A stretch of DNA of 64,000 bases from Octopus sinensis (lineage: Eukaryota): NCBI RefSeq assembly GCF_006345805.1, contig NC_043000.1:128898001-128962000 (forward strand), read 5' to 3'. The position numbers and the translations under genes are program-made. The first letter of the stretch is position 1. Each line of letters opens with the position of its first letter. Shown here in pieces: positions 13,161-27,225 of the stretch. The notes below the pieces were generated by a model. That model did no database searches. It had not been told where the DNA came from and saw only the letters and a program-made list of their open reading frames with translations.

Positions 13161-14680
13161 TATCAAACAGTACCCCTTTTTTTATGACGGTATGTGATTT
13201 GAAGATTTGGCTGATGTTTCTTTATGGGTAGAGCGACCAATTTCATCTTGTCATTGTTGTCGTTCGTGTTTAGCCTCTAGGCTACCTTGATTATTACAAA
13301 ATCAGAGGTTTTGTTTGTCCCCTTGTCCTCTTGTTTTTTTTCTTTCTTTTTTTGCTGAAGCAGTATATACAGATTACATTATTTAATGTGTTCTTTCTCT
13401 TTTTAAGGTAGTAAGGTGCGATTTTAAATGGATTTGGCTCTTGTTTATTGCAGATTGTACGACCACATAGAAGTACTCAAAATGACTCACGGAGCGAAGT
13501 GTCTATCTGTTTGGATTACCAGATGGTATTTTGTAACAAATCTTGGTGTCTCGTTCAGCATTAACTCCCTTTGTTCTAGCTACACTAAGGAAGCATGAAT
13601 AACTTTTGTTAATGTCTGGTTGCTCAACTAATTAAATAATTTACGAGTATTTAGATCGTGTTATTTAGAATCCCCAGTAAGATGAAAAGACAAGCTAATG
13701 GGGAAAAGATTTGTTTTCTCAGGTCTTAAGACGGTTTTATTCGAGACTTTGTTGAAAGTACCCCAACAACCTCAAAAATGTTATTGCTGTTATTTGTTTC
13801 AAAAGGCAGTGGCCAGGTTGGAGCAACGATATTTATGTGATTACTAGTTATTACTTTTCACTTCAACAGCCCTCCTTCCGTATGCAGTTCTGGTGTTTAA
13901 GTGTGCTGTATAACATTGCCATTATTTGCGCTTTTTGCCTCGGTGGAGGTTCATAGGGGTATATCAGATAAAAATTTGTCTTTTGAATTCATTCACATCT
14001 ACGCCTCGTATATCTTTTGCAACGAATTGAAAAGCTTGAACCCTAAGCTGTTACAATGTTGGTCCTTACTCTAAATGGAGAGGTGGAATCTTTGGTACTA
14101 TGCTGTGACGTTCAGTCCGGGAGTCGAAGATACTGAGATTTCTCTGCACGAAAAAATAAGACCCCAACAGCCTCACACAGAAAATAGGTCGACTCTGACA
14201 CGTCACTATTTCCTTCTACGTGTGTGCGTGTGTGTATGCGTGTGTGTGCGTGCGCGTGCATACAGAGAACGAGGGAGAGAGAAAGAGAGATGCATGCGTG
14301 CATGTGTTTCTATTTACAGTTTTCTTCTTTTTCCCAAACTCCGCCAATGTTCTAGAATGAAGCTATTTCCTCAAAATAACTTACTATACGAGGTCTTGGT
14401 AAATTTTAAAATTGAGAAATTTCTAAAATAATATAAACTTCTATATTTATATTATTTTATTTATTCATTTATTTATTATTCTTCATTTTTAAAATTCTAT
14501 CAAATTATTGAAAAGAAGTTTTAAAACTCTCAAAGGGAAACCAGGGAAATAAGGTTAAGTGGGAAGCGAATACTGAATAGATCAGAAAACAGAATTCGAC
14601 CGTTCCTGAGATTGTTTACAGGGCGGATGCCGTCGAAGTATACGTTTATATACAAATAGCATACACAAATATATATATAT

Positions 14681-14909
14681 ATTTCTTTATTGCCCACAGG
14701 GAGCTAAACATAGCGGGGACAAACAAGAACAGACAAACGGATTAAGTCGATTACATCGACCCCAGTGCGTAACTGGTATTTATTTAATCGACTCCGAAAG
14801 GATGAAAGGCAAAGTCGACTTCGGCGGAATTTGAACTCAGAACGTAATGACAGACGAAATACTGCTAAGCATTTCGCCCGGCATGCTAACGATTCTGCCA
14901 GCTCGCCGC
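14681..14909 (-). mobile_element. tRNA-derived SINE, family A
   Basis: Near full-length reverse complement of the 9274-9503 copy. Confidence 0.9.
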
Positions 14910-15120
14910 TGGTAAGTCCAGGAACGGAGGTTATGGTATTACATTTATTTTTTCATTACGGTTGGTTCAACAATATATGGTCCTATATATCATGAATATA
15001 AATATAAATATGAATATAAATATAAATGTTTGTGCAATATTACAACATATTACATGTGATTTATCTTCGTCTCATCAGACGAAATTCAAAACGCAACATA
15101 CATATCTGCATCAAGACCAC

Positions 15121-16140
15121 TATCTCTTGGCATAAATCACATGTGGTGGTCTTGATACAGAGATATACTATCGCACAGAGAAGGGAAGTGTTGCATTTGG
15201 AAAGCTCGAAAAGAGAGTATGGGCGGATAGAGGTATTTCCCTGCAGACAAAAACCAGTGTCTATGAAGCGTGTGTATTGACTGCACTTCTTTATTCAAGT
15301 AAGACGTGGACCACTTACAATCATCATATAAAAATGCTGGAGAGATTTCATCAAAAGTGCCTCAGACGTATCTTAAGAGTAAAGTGGGAATGTTTCGTAC
15401 TAGATACAGAAGCTTTGCGCATGGCACGTTGTAACTCAATTGAACAACATGTATTCTTGGCTCAAGTGAGATCAATTGGACATATTATTAGAATGACAGA
15501 TGAGTGATTATTAAAGCGTCCTTTTTATGGTGAGCTTAAGTTTGGTAAGCGACCACAACATAATCCGAGGAAAAGGTATAAAGACTGTGTGTAGGAAAAC
15601 CTGAAGAAACTAGATATGAACAAAAGCGATTGGGAAAATGTGGAGAGGTGCTGTTAGGACTGGTTACAAATCCTGGTAGGAAAAGATGATACAGCTGTCT
15701 GAGCTTAAAAGGGCCTGTCGCAAAGGAACGACTGGAGCTGTAATCATCAGTAAACATTGGAAATGTATTATATGTGATCGTATTCTGTTGTCAAAAGCAG
15801 GATACGTAAATCATGAAAATTGAAATGGTAATAATCTTGGACACCAACCGCCTCTTACTACTTGTGTCATATGTCACAAAATTTGAAAGACAATATCTGA
15901 ACTTAAAAGACATACGCTAGTTCACAAAAATGTTCCTTCACAATCAGATTCCAAAAGGCAAAGATATAGAAGAAACTTGAATAAATATCTGTCACTAGTG
16001 TTGTAAGCCCTGTCAGTCAGCAGCTGGTCTTAAAAGACATCTGAGGGCTCATCAGCGGAGTGATTGTGCTGTGTGATGGGGTGTGGTGTGTGTGTTAATG
16101 GGACGGCTATCATCTGTCAAGATGAAGCAATCATCATTAT
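15121..16140 (+). pseudogene. 5'-truncated decayed RTE-clade LINE (post-RT region plus three C2H2 zinc fingers)
   Basis: AFGKLEKRVWADRGISLQTKTSVYEACVLTALLYSSKTWTTY..LERFHQKCLRRILRVKW..IGHIIRMTDE..FYGEL; then CIICDRILLSKAGYVNH, CVICHKI*KTISELKRHTLVH, CH*CCKPCQSAAGLKRHLRAH; short CAT-type tail. Confidence 0.92.
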
Positions 16141-16415
16141 ATATACAGATGTATTTCGCTTGGGCACTGCGAGGCTAGTAACCTAGTATAGAGCTCAATA
16201 TACATTTGCTCCAGAACGAATCGTTAGTCGAGTACAGAGCGGTAATAAGAAAATGAGATGACAAAGGAAAAAGCAATTATCTAATGAACTACATTAGCTT
16301 TCAGCGGTTTCTGCTTTAAGATGCTGTGGACTCATAGTTGAGTGCTTGAGTAACGCCGTATAGCTTCGTCGGAGCCTCGAATATGTTTCATAAGATAATC
16401 ATTCACTCCTTTACC

Positions 16416-16464
<49 letters not shown>

Positions 16465-16885
16465 ACGTTCTAAGGACTGGACGTCTCCTATTTCTCTCTC
16501 TTCTATCTTTTCTCTTTTCAAAGAAAATATTTCTCTCAGAGTTCACTATTTTTCCCCTCATTCAGGTCTAACGACCCTCCATGTTTGTTTTCATTCGGTT
16601 TCCTTGTATGTCTCCACCGTCCTGTTTTTGTTCCTAACTTTGACCTTCCATAAATCCAAAATTTTATTTTGCTATTTATGGGAGCAGCTGCCTTCGAAGA
16701 CTCATATTGTCGTTGATAGCTCGAAATGGGGAGTAGATAGACAGCCGACAACTGATGAAGGGTCATTCTTTGGATTACTTGTCCTTTTCTCTCTCTCGTT
16801 ATTTGCGTATTTAACTCATTTGTTTTCGTATTTCATGTTGTTTACTGTTAATGACGTCCTGTACCTATATATGCTTATATATATA
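16140..16885. mobile_element. Two short non-coding inserts either side of a (TA)n tract, probably Penelope pseudo-LTR-like remnants
   Basis: Bounded by TA runs near 16140, 16419-16462 and 16866-16885; left insert has a decayed HHR-like motif on the minus strand (16296-16376). Confidence 0.35.
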
Positions 16886-17150
16886 TTCTTTGTTTGTGAA
16901 TTAAGGCTACCATTGTTTTCATGTTAAGAAGAGTAGGAAAATAGCCAAGTATCTTAACAGTTTTTGAAGCCGATCACATGGAGAAAGATGATTGTATGTA
17001 TAACTCTCTGTGTGTGCTTTGTATACGTTCGAGCTATAGCATTCTTGCTTTCATTTGAAGAGCAACTTTCACATTCATATAAAGTGTGATCCAATTTTAC
17101 AATATTATTTCTACATCTTAAAAGAACATGAAGATTAGATGCATACATGC

Positions 17151-17209
<59 letters not shown>

Positions 17210-18230
17210 AATCACACTCACGCACATTATAATAAGAATAATAGTTAATACATGATATTAGCGAAAATATTTCTGTTGTATTCAATGAAGTTGGAAAAGT
17301 GCTCATTCCTGTTAATTAATTTTACATTCTAAATTAATCCGAAAATTCTAACATTTTTTGTAAATTCTTTTACAAAGTAAATTTTGAGTATTTGTTTTCT
17401 TGACTCCTGGCTCTTTCCCTGTATCACCGGTTCTTACACCTCGGTGTATAGACACAATGAAGATTTCATATAACTCTGTCGTTCCGCTGATGGAGTATCG
17501 TGTATACATTACATATATTCTAGAAGCACGGTAGTGTCCGATGATACGAGAGAACATATGTATTTATTGTATTATGTAGCATTGATTTTGTTTTCGATTG
17601 TGTTTTTCTTTTAGCTGTACATATATATTATAACACACACATATGTATGAATGTGTATGTATGTATGAAAGCATGTAGGCATGTATACATACATACATAC
17701 ATACATACATACATACATACATACATACATGTATGTATGTATGAAACCGCGCGCGCGATGTGTGTGTTTATATACATACATGACGACTCTCAACTTGTTG
17801 ACGAGCATGACCATCACAGTGAAAAATTTTAGGTCTGACAAAGCTTGTACAACACCTCACAGACCCTCTCCACCCTACTGACTTGATTCTGAGACAGGCC
17901 AGACAAGATCTCTAGTAAGGCTCAGGGGCGTAGGAGTTCCATGATCCCATGCGCATGTAAAAGATCCCCAAAATGTCTCATGCCATTCCAAGCTGAGGGC
18001 TGTCTCACTCCCAGTGGGCTTCCAGCTCGGAGAACACCAGCCCGGAAAATTCTGAGAGTCCATGTTATTGTTAGATAGTCGTCGAACCTACACCGTATTC
18101 ATCCGTCCTTTTGACTGGTCTTGTTTATAGCTTTGCTGGGTTTTCTCACCAGGCTAACCTAGTGAGGCTGCCGGTTTAGACCCTGCAACAGATTGTACTA
18201 GATTCCATGTTACCAGTAGCACGCGTGATC

Positions 18231-18267
<37 letters not shown>

Positions 18268-20099
18268 AGAGAGAGAAAAAAAGGAAAGAGAAAGAGAGTC
18301 GTATATAGATGTTTACACATGAATATAATATTATCTGAATATAAAATTATTTCGGTTTATGTATTTTGGCTTATATCCATGAGAACGAGATGTTACTAGC
18401 TAGAATCTGAGGTTAAGAACTTCTGATGTAGTAGTAGTAGCATTTCTGATTCTGGGATGTGTAACATCCTTGCCTTTCCCAATGAGAATTGGCATCCAGG
18501 TAGGAATTGAAACAATATTACAGAATCTCTTCAGTGAGAGTTTATCTCTTTCTTTTCATTCATTTGCCACTCTAGAGTTGCAAATTTTGACTTGATAATC
18601 CAAATAAACTGCGTTTTTTTTTTGGTCTTCTTTTTTTAGACATTTTGTCGTTGTTTCAACGTTTTGTCAGTTCCTTTCCAGCTAGCATGTGATCAAAAAC
18701 AATCAAGCCGTGGACATTTCGTACATTTTGTTCGTCAGGTATCTAAAACATTAGACAACATGTTCCTTTTTTTATGGCGTAGAATAATGACATAAGGAAA
18801 ATTTGGCTGTTATTTCTTACAGGTCAAGTGACGACTTAGATACTCTTCTGTTTAACGATCAACCAGTTTAATACATTTCTGCATTCAAATACCGTCAGAG
18901 TCGATTTTATCATGATGTTTTCAAGGTTGGACTTAAAATATGTGGTTCGCCCTCTTCCTTGTTGGTTAAGGGTTTTGCAGAGACACTAACTTAACCACTT
19001 CTACTTCGCCTAGTCTGTTTCCAAAAGCAAGTGCACTGCTGCAAGTACATTTACCATCTCTTCACCCATAAGTATGCTATGAAGGTAAAACAAGACAATG
19101 CGTTCGCAGCATTCATGGAATCGCAGGGGCTACCCGAATTAAGTTAAGTATAATTGGGCATATTTGCTTTAGGATCCCTCCCAGATTTTCTTCACTTTTT
19201 AGCCTTTTTTAAGTGCTCAGTAAATTACTCTACAAAGCAGATAGTATGTATTATTACATACTATCTCTTGTCCTTCAAACTAGTATTGGTCTTGCGCAAC
19301 AAGTGTCACGAGCGCAGTTGTTAACAGGATGCCGGAATCGTATGGAGTTGCCTTCTCTTAGATGAGCAGCCAAAGAAGTGAAGGGCTTCATCTGCCTTAT
19401 AAAATATGTATAAGTGATAAATTGGATTAGAGGTGAAACGTGGTTACAGTATTGGTACAAGTGGTTACAAGTGATTACAGTGTCAGTCTTCCGAATCTCC
19501 TGCAGGTATTTCGTTATTGTTTCTGTAATGGTCTACCAAATCTCCTACAGGCATTTCGTTATTGTTTCTGAGCAGCTCACACCATTCTAAATCACACATA
19601 ATTTATATCATCCGGTTTAATGATTTAATTCATTGCCCGGTTCATCGCCACGACCTGACGATTTGGTATCTTTAATGGAGTCCGTTAAATACTTTTAAAA
19701 CATTCGAAACAGGTGTCAGTTTGAGAATAACTTCCTCCTACCAACCTTCTAACTGCGAAGTTATTCTTGGAACTGGATACTAACAACAGAATAGACCCTG
19801 TTAAGGAATACCCACGAGTGAGGTGGGGGTAGGTTAAATCGAGTTACAGATTAAGTCTATCATCCAAGAAATTTCACTGACAATGTTTTGGTCTTGGTCG
19901 ATCTGAGGCTGTAAAAGAAGACACTTAACCAAAATGCCATGCAACAAAATCGAACCTCAAACCACGTATTGTTGCAAACAGAACCACGCGGTTATACGTT
20001 CGTGCATTTTGTTACTTTGTACATTTGAGTTAAATTGTTTACTTTGCTGGAACCCAGAAAGGGAAGGACTGAGCCTAACTTGAAGACAGAGCTTCTATG

Positions 20100-20287
20100 T
20101 AATCGTTCGATTTATGAGAAATAGGTGTTGATTCTCTCTCAGATCACACCTTGAAAAAAGATTGCACCACATCGGATATGATCTTTTGTGCCTCATGCCC
20201 AGGGAAAAAGACATGATGTTCACAACCTGAACACTTTTGATCATAGGTCTTATTCAACCAGGGGCTGAATTATGGCTAAACAACAAC
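20100..20287 (+). mobile_element. Family C SINE-like repeat with (AAC)n tail
   Basis: ATCACACC...TTTGATCATAGGTCT...GGCTAAACAACAAC; homologous to 28330-28525 and 33395-33626. Confidence 0.7.
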
Positions 20288-20383
20288 ATTTCTGTGATGC
20301 AGGGTAGACATAATGTGTTGTGTTGAGTCCTCCATGCGTGTGTGTGTCTGTGTGTGTGTGTGTGTGTATGTGTGTGTGTGTGT

Positions 20384-20432
<49 letters not shown>

Positions 20433-22886
20433 GTGTGCGTGCGTGGTTATCCTTACGTATTTACGCACGTCTCTCCCCACAATATATATTTTGGAAACTC
20501 AGTCTTCGAAATTTAACAACGGCATCGAATAAATGTAGTCACACTCTACATTATGTATTGAGTCCTTTTATTATTATTATTTACGAACGACGTGTGTGTG
20601 TACAAACATACATACATACATACATGCAAACATACATACATACATACGTACATACATACACACATACATACGTACATACATACATACATACATACATACA
20701 TACATACATACATACATACATACACACACATACTGGAATAGAAGTATTAAAGTCGTGAGTAATTTAGTTTTTAGGTATTAAAACCTGAAAACGGTATTTA
20801 TCATATTTAAACAGGAGAATGAAGAACATGGCTGTTGAGACATAAATGACACAGGTTCGAACTCAATATACGGTGACTCAAAGAATCTATACCTAACGGC
20901 TTTGCTATGCCTCCTTATATTTACATTGTTGCTGTTAGTGCTGTGAGAAGTAATATACCCATGTCTTTGGCTTTATGCTTAATAATTCTTCGGTTAGGTC
21001 TTTGGTGTAGGTAAAAAACCCTCAATTCCCTCCACCATTCAAGGAGGTCCTGAGATGTGTTACAGGAGATCCATGACTACCATTTTCCCCCAGTCATTGT
21101 GTGCACCAGATTTCATTACCCAATGAAACCCCTGCTTAAGACGGCAGGTATAGTTTGGGGGAGATTTGGCTGTTATATCTAGCAGGTAGCGCTACCACGT
21201 AGAGTTGCATCACTCGTTCACTTAGGAGCTGACGTCTCCATGTGACATGTGACATGTCTAATTATAATGTAGCTCAGCACATGAGAAATAAACAAACCAC
21301 TAAAGAATCCTCTCAGTGGTCTCAGTTACCTGCTAGAAATAGCAGCTTAGTTTTCATCAAATCACACTGTACATTTTTTAAAAGGGGTGGAGAGACGGAG
21401 GAATGGTCCAACAAAGAGCCTTAATATGGCTCAATGAGTTTTATTCTCTTTTTACATGGCTTGCAAGAGGAAGAACAACATTCATAACCTCTTTCATCAC
21501 CACTGAGATTGACGTGAAGAAAGGAGGAATTAATTATCCTCAGATGAGACACCTGGCCCCAAGGTCTATAACAGGGACCAGGTTCAGAAATGGCGTCAGT
21601 TCGGGGCCCATAACTGAAAAAGGAAAGGCCTCAGAATATTTGACAAGGCCTTCCTTCAAAAACAACTTAAAAACAAACAATTACAACTCATAATTCCCTT
21701 GCTATTTGAACGGGCCACCCTTTTTCCTATCGAGGCCTGAAAGTTGTATCATTTCACCTCGCCACAGATGAGCCTCTACGAAAGGTATCGAAGGAGCAAG
21801 GGATGGTGCTACAACAGGTTACATTTTAAAACGGCAACAGTCTGTCTAGAGGCCTTTCACGTAGTATTGGTCTACTAAATCCCATTCACTATGCTTTGTT
21901 GGACAAGAAACAGCAGTCAAAACTACCTCAAATCTCACCATACCATCTTAAATAATAAAGAAGGACATAGTAAATAAGGTAGTCAATAACAACCCTAAAG
22001 ATACCAACCCAGTACCTGGTACTGTGTTAAAAACATCACTACTTAGGTATTAAAGCATAATCTCATGTGTGTATAAATATAGACATAGTCTTGTGCGTAT
22101 ACAAACGTTTATGTATAGTTTTCAATAAATATTTAATCATATACTTCGCATCTATCTATATATATATATATCTATCTGTCTGTCTGTCTATCTGTCTATC
22201 TCTATCTATTTATCTGTATGTATATATATATATATATATACAAAAAAATAGAACAAGAATATATATGTAACAAGTATATATACATATATACTTCTGTGCA
22301 TTCATTTCAATGAATATTTAATCATACGCAGTGCATGTATGTATAAACAGTTTCTTGTATGTGTATACATACGCATACGTACATTTTTCTAAAAATTTTT
22401 CTTTTTTATTCATTGTATTTGCTTATACATTCTCATGTGCATATATATTTTTATGTGTCTTAACACACGCACCTTATGCATATTTTTAGAATCTACTTAA
22501 TCCGATGTATATATAAACATTCATATTTGTGCACACACGCGCACACGTATGTATATTTTTCAATGAATACTTAATCGTATGCATTGGTCTGTAGAAGACA
22601 TGCGTACATACATATATATTACTATATAAATCAGATGCAATTATAATGCATCTAGGTTTGTTAGTATTTATATGCATGCATCAGCACCAATGTGCAGCAA
22701 CTAATTGCAGCATGCATCTTTGGATACATGCAGAAATGCTTGCTGAAATAAATATGCATTATTATCCGTGTATACATCATATGACAGCAGCGTCTGCATA
22801 AATTGATATCCTTGTTCCCACGCAAAAAGTGCAGTCACATTGTCTATCTATTTTCTATCCATCTATCTCTGTCCGTCTGTCAGTTT

Positions 22887-22935
<49 letters not shown>

Positions 22936-23115
22936 TATTTCTGTATACGTATGTATGTATGTATGAATGTATGTATGTATGCATGCATGCATGCATGCAT
23001 GGATGTATGTATGTATGTATGTATGTATGTATGCATGCATGCATGGATGCATGCATATATCTGTCTATATGTGTGCATGTGTGTATACACACACACACAC
23101 CACACACACACATAT

Positions 23116-23159
<44 letters not shown>

Positions 23160-24148
23160 TGTATATATATATATGTGTATCTGTATATACACACGCACAG
23201 CATACTCAAAAAAGTGCACGCCATAAATAGCGATAAACGTACACACGCATGTATAACCCCATGCAGATACGTCTGCATGTACCTAACTACATTCATATAT
23301 CCATACATTAAAATACAGACATATGCACGGGCATGCAAGGGTTAAACAGGAGAAAGTTTTGTGCATTTGTAAACACATGTGTATGCGCGCGTGTATGCAT
23401 GCTCGCTCGCACGTTAATGAAAGTGAAAGTAAGAGAGAAAAGAAGAGTGGGATATATATATATATATACATATACATATATGTATGTATATGCATCAAGG
23501 CTGCTAGTTAGACAGATAGACTGATCGACAGTTACATGATTACGATTGTACATTCAGAAATCAATTTATGTACATATATGGAAGAATGCTGGGAAATATT
23601 GCGAATAGAAACTGCAATTCATGTTGCTGGAACGGTTTTAAGAATGAAAGCAAGCAACCATCATAAATTACACAGCGATGCCAAAACGTGAACGAAATGG
23701 AAGAGGCAAGGCTAAACCGGGATAAAGGCAGAGTGTAGAGTGTTGCCTTTTAAGGAAGTCCTAATAATTTATTTACATTTTTTTGAAAGGCACTTCGGAA
23801 CACCTCATGATGCTACACGTGTTCTTTATTGCACAACACTTTCCATATCTGGAAGCACGCATGCGCAGAGCATGATTGCTTGCTTTACCTCTTTATTTGT
23901 CTTTGCTTTCCTTTCATTTCTTCTTTCTTTTTATTTCATGTTTTCTTTCTATCTATCTTTCTTTCGTTCTTTTCGTTATTTTCGTTCTTTTCCTTGCTTT
24001 TTATTTAATATAGTTTTTCGATTCTTTCTAAATTTCTCTTAATTTTTCTCCAATTCAAATCCTGCAATTTTTTGCAAGTACTTCTTAGTACCATTACTGC
24101 CACACATCCTCCCAGATTTGCAACAACAACAACTACTACTACTACTAT

Positions 24149-24217
<69 letters not shown>

Positions 24218-26879
24218 ATTTATCTTTCTGGGGCACACAGTGACAAATTGGTAGGTAAGGTTTTAACTAGATTAGCTTGATTCTAGTATTTCAGTGGTAC
24301 GTTTGTTTGCAAGGATTAATAGTAAATTTGACTGAGGCGGGATTAGAACTCATTTTAAAGGTTTATAACTAAGAATCGAAAGGCATTTTGTCCAATGCTC
24401 AACTGATTCAGACAATCCACTACACTATTTTTCCGGGGCTCTACTGGAACGCCGGATAGCGAAGGGTGGAGGACGAGTGACAAATTTTATGTAGCACATG
24501 AGGGCGAGTCTAAAAGTCAATGGTAAATGAATTTACACTGAATAATTAAAAGATTATGATTAAAAGCATACTAATTAAAACGATATTGAGTTTCAACGAG
24601 GCAATCACTGACACGTTGGTAAGAAGCTGCCATCTGCATTAACCATGGCACCCCACTGATCCCTTCTTATATCTGTTTGACGTGTGACACCACTTCTTCC
24701 TAGATGAACACTCATCTGGAGAGTATGGTGTCTTTCATTTAGGGGTCTTGTTAGTCTTGCGTAAAGTTGAGAATTTCATTTTATTCAGAGGAGAATGTTC
24801 CTTCTCACGAGATATAACCCCAGCCTTCATTGGAGATGAGTTCTTCCTCAATGGAGGGCGGCTCTGTTTCATGAAATGTTTAGCTTCCCTCCTGCATTTT
24901 TATTGCTCTTTCGATTGTTTTATATGAACCTTTTTGTTATTTTTTTAAAACATGTCTGACGATATCATTCTTTCACCAACTGGTTCCAATCTTTATAGTG
25001 GATGGGGTGGCACTCACTGTGAGGGAGTACTTCTGGGCCTCTTAGTTCCAGCTGTAGTTACTGATTTGTGTGTGACTCTCATCGTCGTTGTTGGGAGGGA
25101 AGTTAGGGAATTATTTCATGGAAATGAGTACGAGGTGATTTTTTTTTATGATTCTTAAACTGCATCCAGTGACGTTGTATACTGGGATAACCGCCTTAGG
25201 ACCAACAAACCCCGGAATTTGTTATTATTTTTGCCCTTAAATGGTTCCCATTATTGACTTGAGCAACGGGATGAAATAAAATTGCAATCTCATAAAAAAA
25301 GAACCCCGATCTTCATGACTAGCTTTGGTAGACTTCCAAAATGTTCAATAAAAAAGCCTGTCCCACTATAAAGCAGTGGATTGATCTCCACGCTGGACGC
25401 GGTTGATAGTCGAATCCGACTCGTATGATAAAAAGCACTTCATGAACCCATATATCGACAATGGATGGACACTGAACGTATGAGTGTCGGAAGATTTCAT
25501 CACTCTACGCGCAACTTGAGTAGGTTCGCTTGTAAGCGGTCCCAAGATGACCAAGCTTGTAAAGTTTATCTTGGACAGACTCCCCTGTCTCCACTATCAC
25601 CAACCTTGTAGTACAGCTCTGCGGAAAAAAACTATTGAAATTTACCCATAATCCTCAGCCTGAAACTTCTAGAAGAAATTATTCTGATTGTCTTCGGCGA
25701 CACTCGAAATAGTTCCCATGCCTTTTGTGTCTGAGACGCCCCTTTAATATGTTGAATGCGATGATTGACGTTCTAACTACCATATTGCCTAGGTGGTATC
25801 GTCCAGTGATTCACTTGCAGCATTCATGGTGCCGAACGTCTAACTTCGGCCTGCACCTGACCCAGGACTTAAGCTCGGTCAAAGAAACGTGCTTCAGAAA
25901 AACTTGCCACTTGAACGGCAGCAACACCTGCACACTGTCGTCTTTAGATTCTCACATAAGAAAAACATTACAGCTCTATCAAGCTATATATGGTAACTAA
26001 AGAAGACACATACTAATTTTTAAATTTCATGAACTATCTTGGTCTTCAACAACGAATGAATTCATAAAAGAAAAATATATTGACACTTAACGAGAAGCTA
26101 TTTCAAATGTTACTAAAAAAAAATTAAACATTTAAATGTCATGAGATCGAGCTTATATCTATAAAAATAAGCTCACTTGATCGGATAATTTGTCAGAGAA
26201 GCCAACTAACTGACAACGCAGATGAAGGCAACAGGAAGATCACAATAAGGGTTTTCAGTTGCCTTCGATATTTCGGCTTAAAAAGCTGTCTTGAGAAAAT
26301 AGAATTTTCGTTCTTATATGCTTAGATATGTGGGCATATGGTGACAGGATTGTGAGACAAGCAAAATGGTAGAGTAACATTAACCAGTTAATTATGTCTG
26401 CATACGCGGTTGTTTATGTATGTATTTATATAAGTATGTACATAGACACCCATAAATATATGATTCTTGAACTTTACAAAATAAATAAAATAACTCGAAT
26501 CATAATAGAAATATATCTTCAAAGAAAAGAGGGACAGCCACATAAGATTGATTAGGGCACACCATGAAAGAGCGATAGCCTTTAAACATACAACTAAATA
26601 TTTTCTCTCAGTAAATCCGACTACAAAGGAACCTTATAGAGAAAATTCACAATTTTTGCCCATCATAAACGAGTCAGTGAAGTAATTGCTATATGGTCAC
26701 TCTAATTTCACATATAAAATCACGAAATGGTCACGGCTGGAAAGCCTTTGCTCATAGATCTGTTGGTTCATAGCTGAGATGGAGTTAAACAATAGAACAA
26801 CATTTTGCAAAATTTGCTATATTTACTTGAGGTGATGGACGAAGTGCTTTTAATAGTAGTAAGAAAAGGAGATATTAAC

Positions 26880-27225
26880 TAAAGGGAGTGAAAAGGGGAA
26901 GTTTTCAGAGATTGAATGCAAGGATACGAAGGGAAAAAGTTTACGCGCAAAGTTTTTGCGAAGTACTGAGGGGTACTGATTCAGAAGTTATTTCAGTAAC
27001 TAAAGTTGGAAGCTTATAAGAAAGAGATAGATGGCGTGTTCCCAGCTGCACGGGACCAAGCAATCGAAACAATATACGTCATGAAGAATATAGCTAAAAA
27101 AGACATCTCGGCTGCATGTATATTATGTGGTAAAAGAGCGGAGACAGCTGCACATGAAGTCTCTGAATGCAAAATGCTTACTGAGACGGTCTATAACAAC
27201 TGGAGATACGACTAATTTGACACAT
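26880..27225 (+). pseudogene. Decayed R4/Dong-like non-LTR retrotransposon fragment (CCHC knuckle before REL endonuclease)
   Basis: ORF 27006-27215 KKEIDGVFPAARDQAIETIY..CILCGKRAETAAHEVSECKML..WRYD matches K.ETEG...AAQDQA...CRLC...ET..H..S.C...RHD. Confidence 0.8.

Noticed and set aside
16690-16765. GAAA followed by CTGATGA (type II HHR order), with a similar pattern at 52640-52685
   Set aside because: Helices II and III cannot be formed in the required register; only a TTGTCG/CGACAA pairing is present.
24710-24730. Minus-strand PYSPD suggesting a Tc1/mariner transposase
   Set aside because: Surrounding residues do not fit the YSPDL motif context and no other DDE motifs were found.
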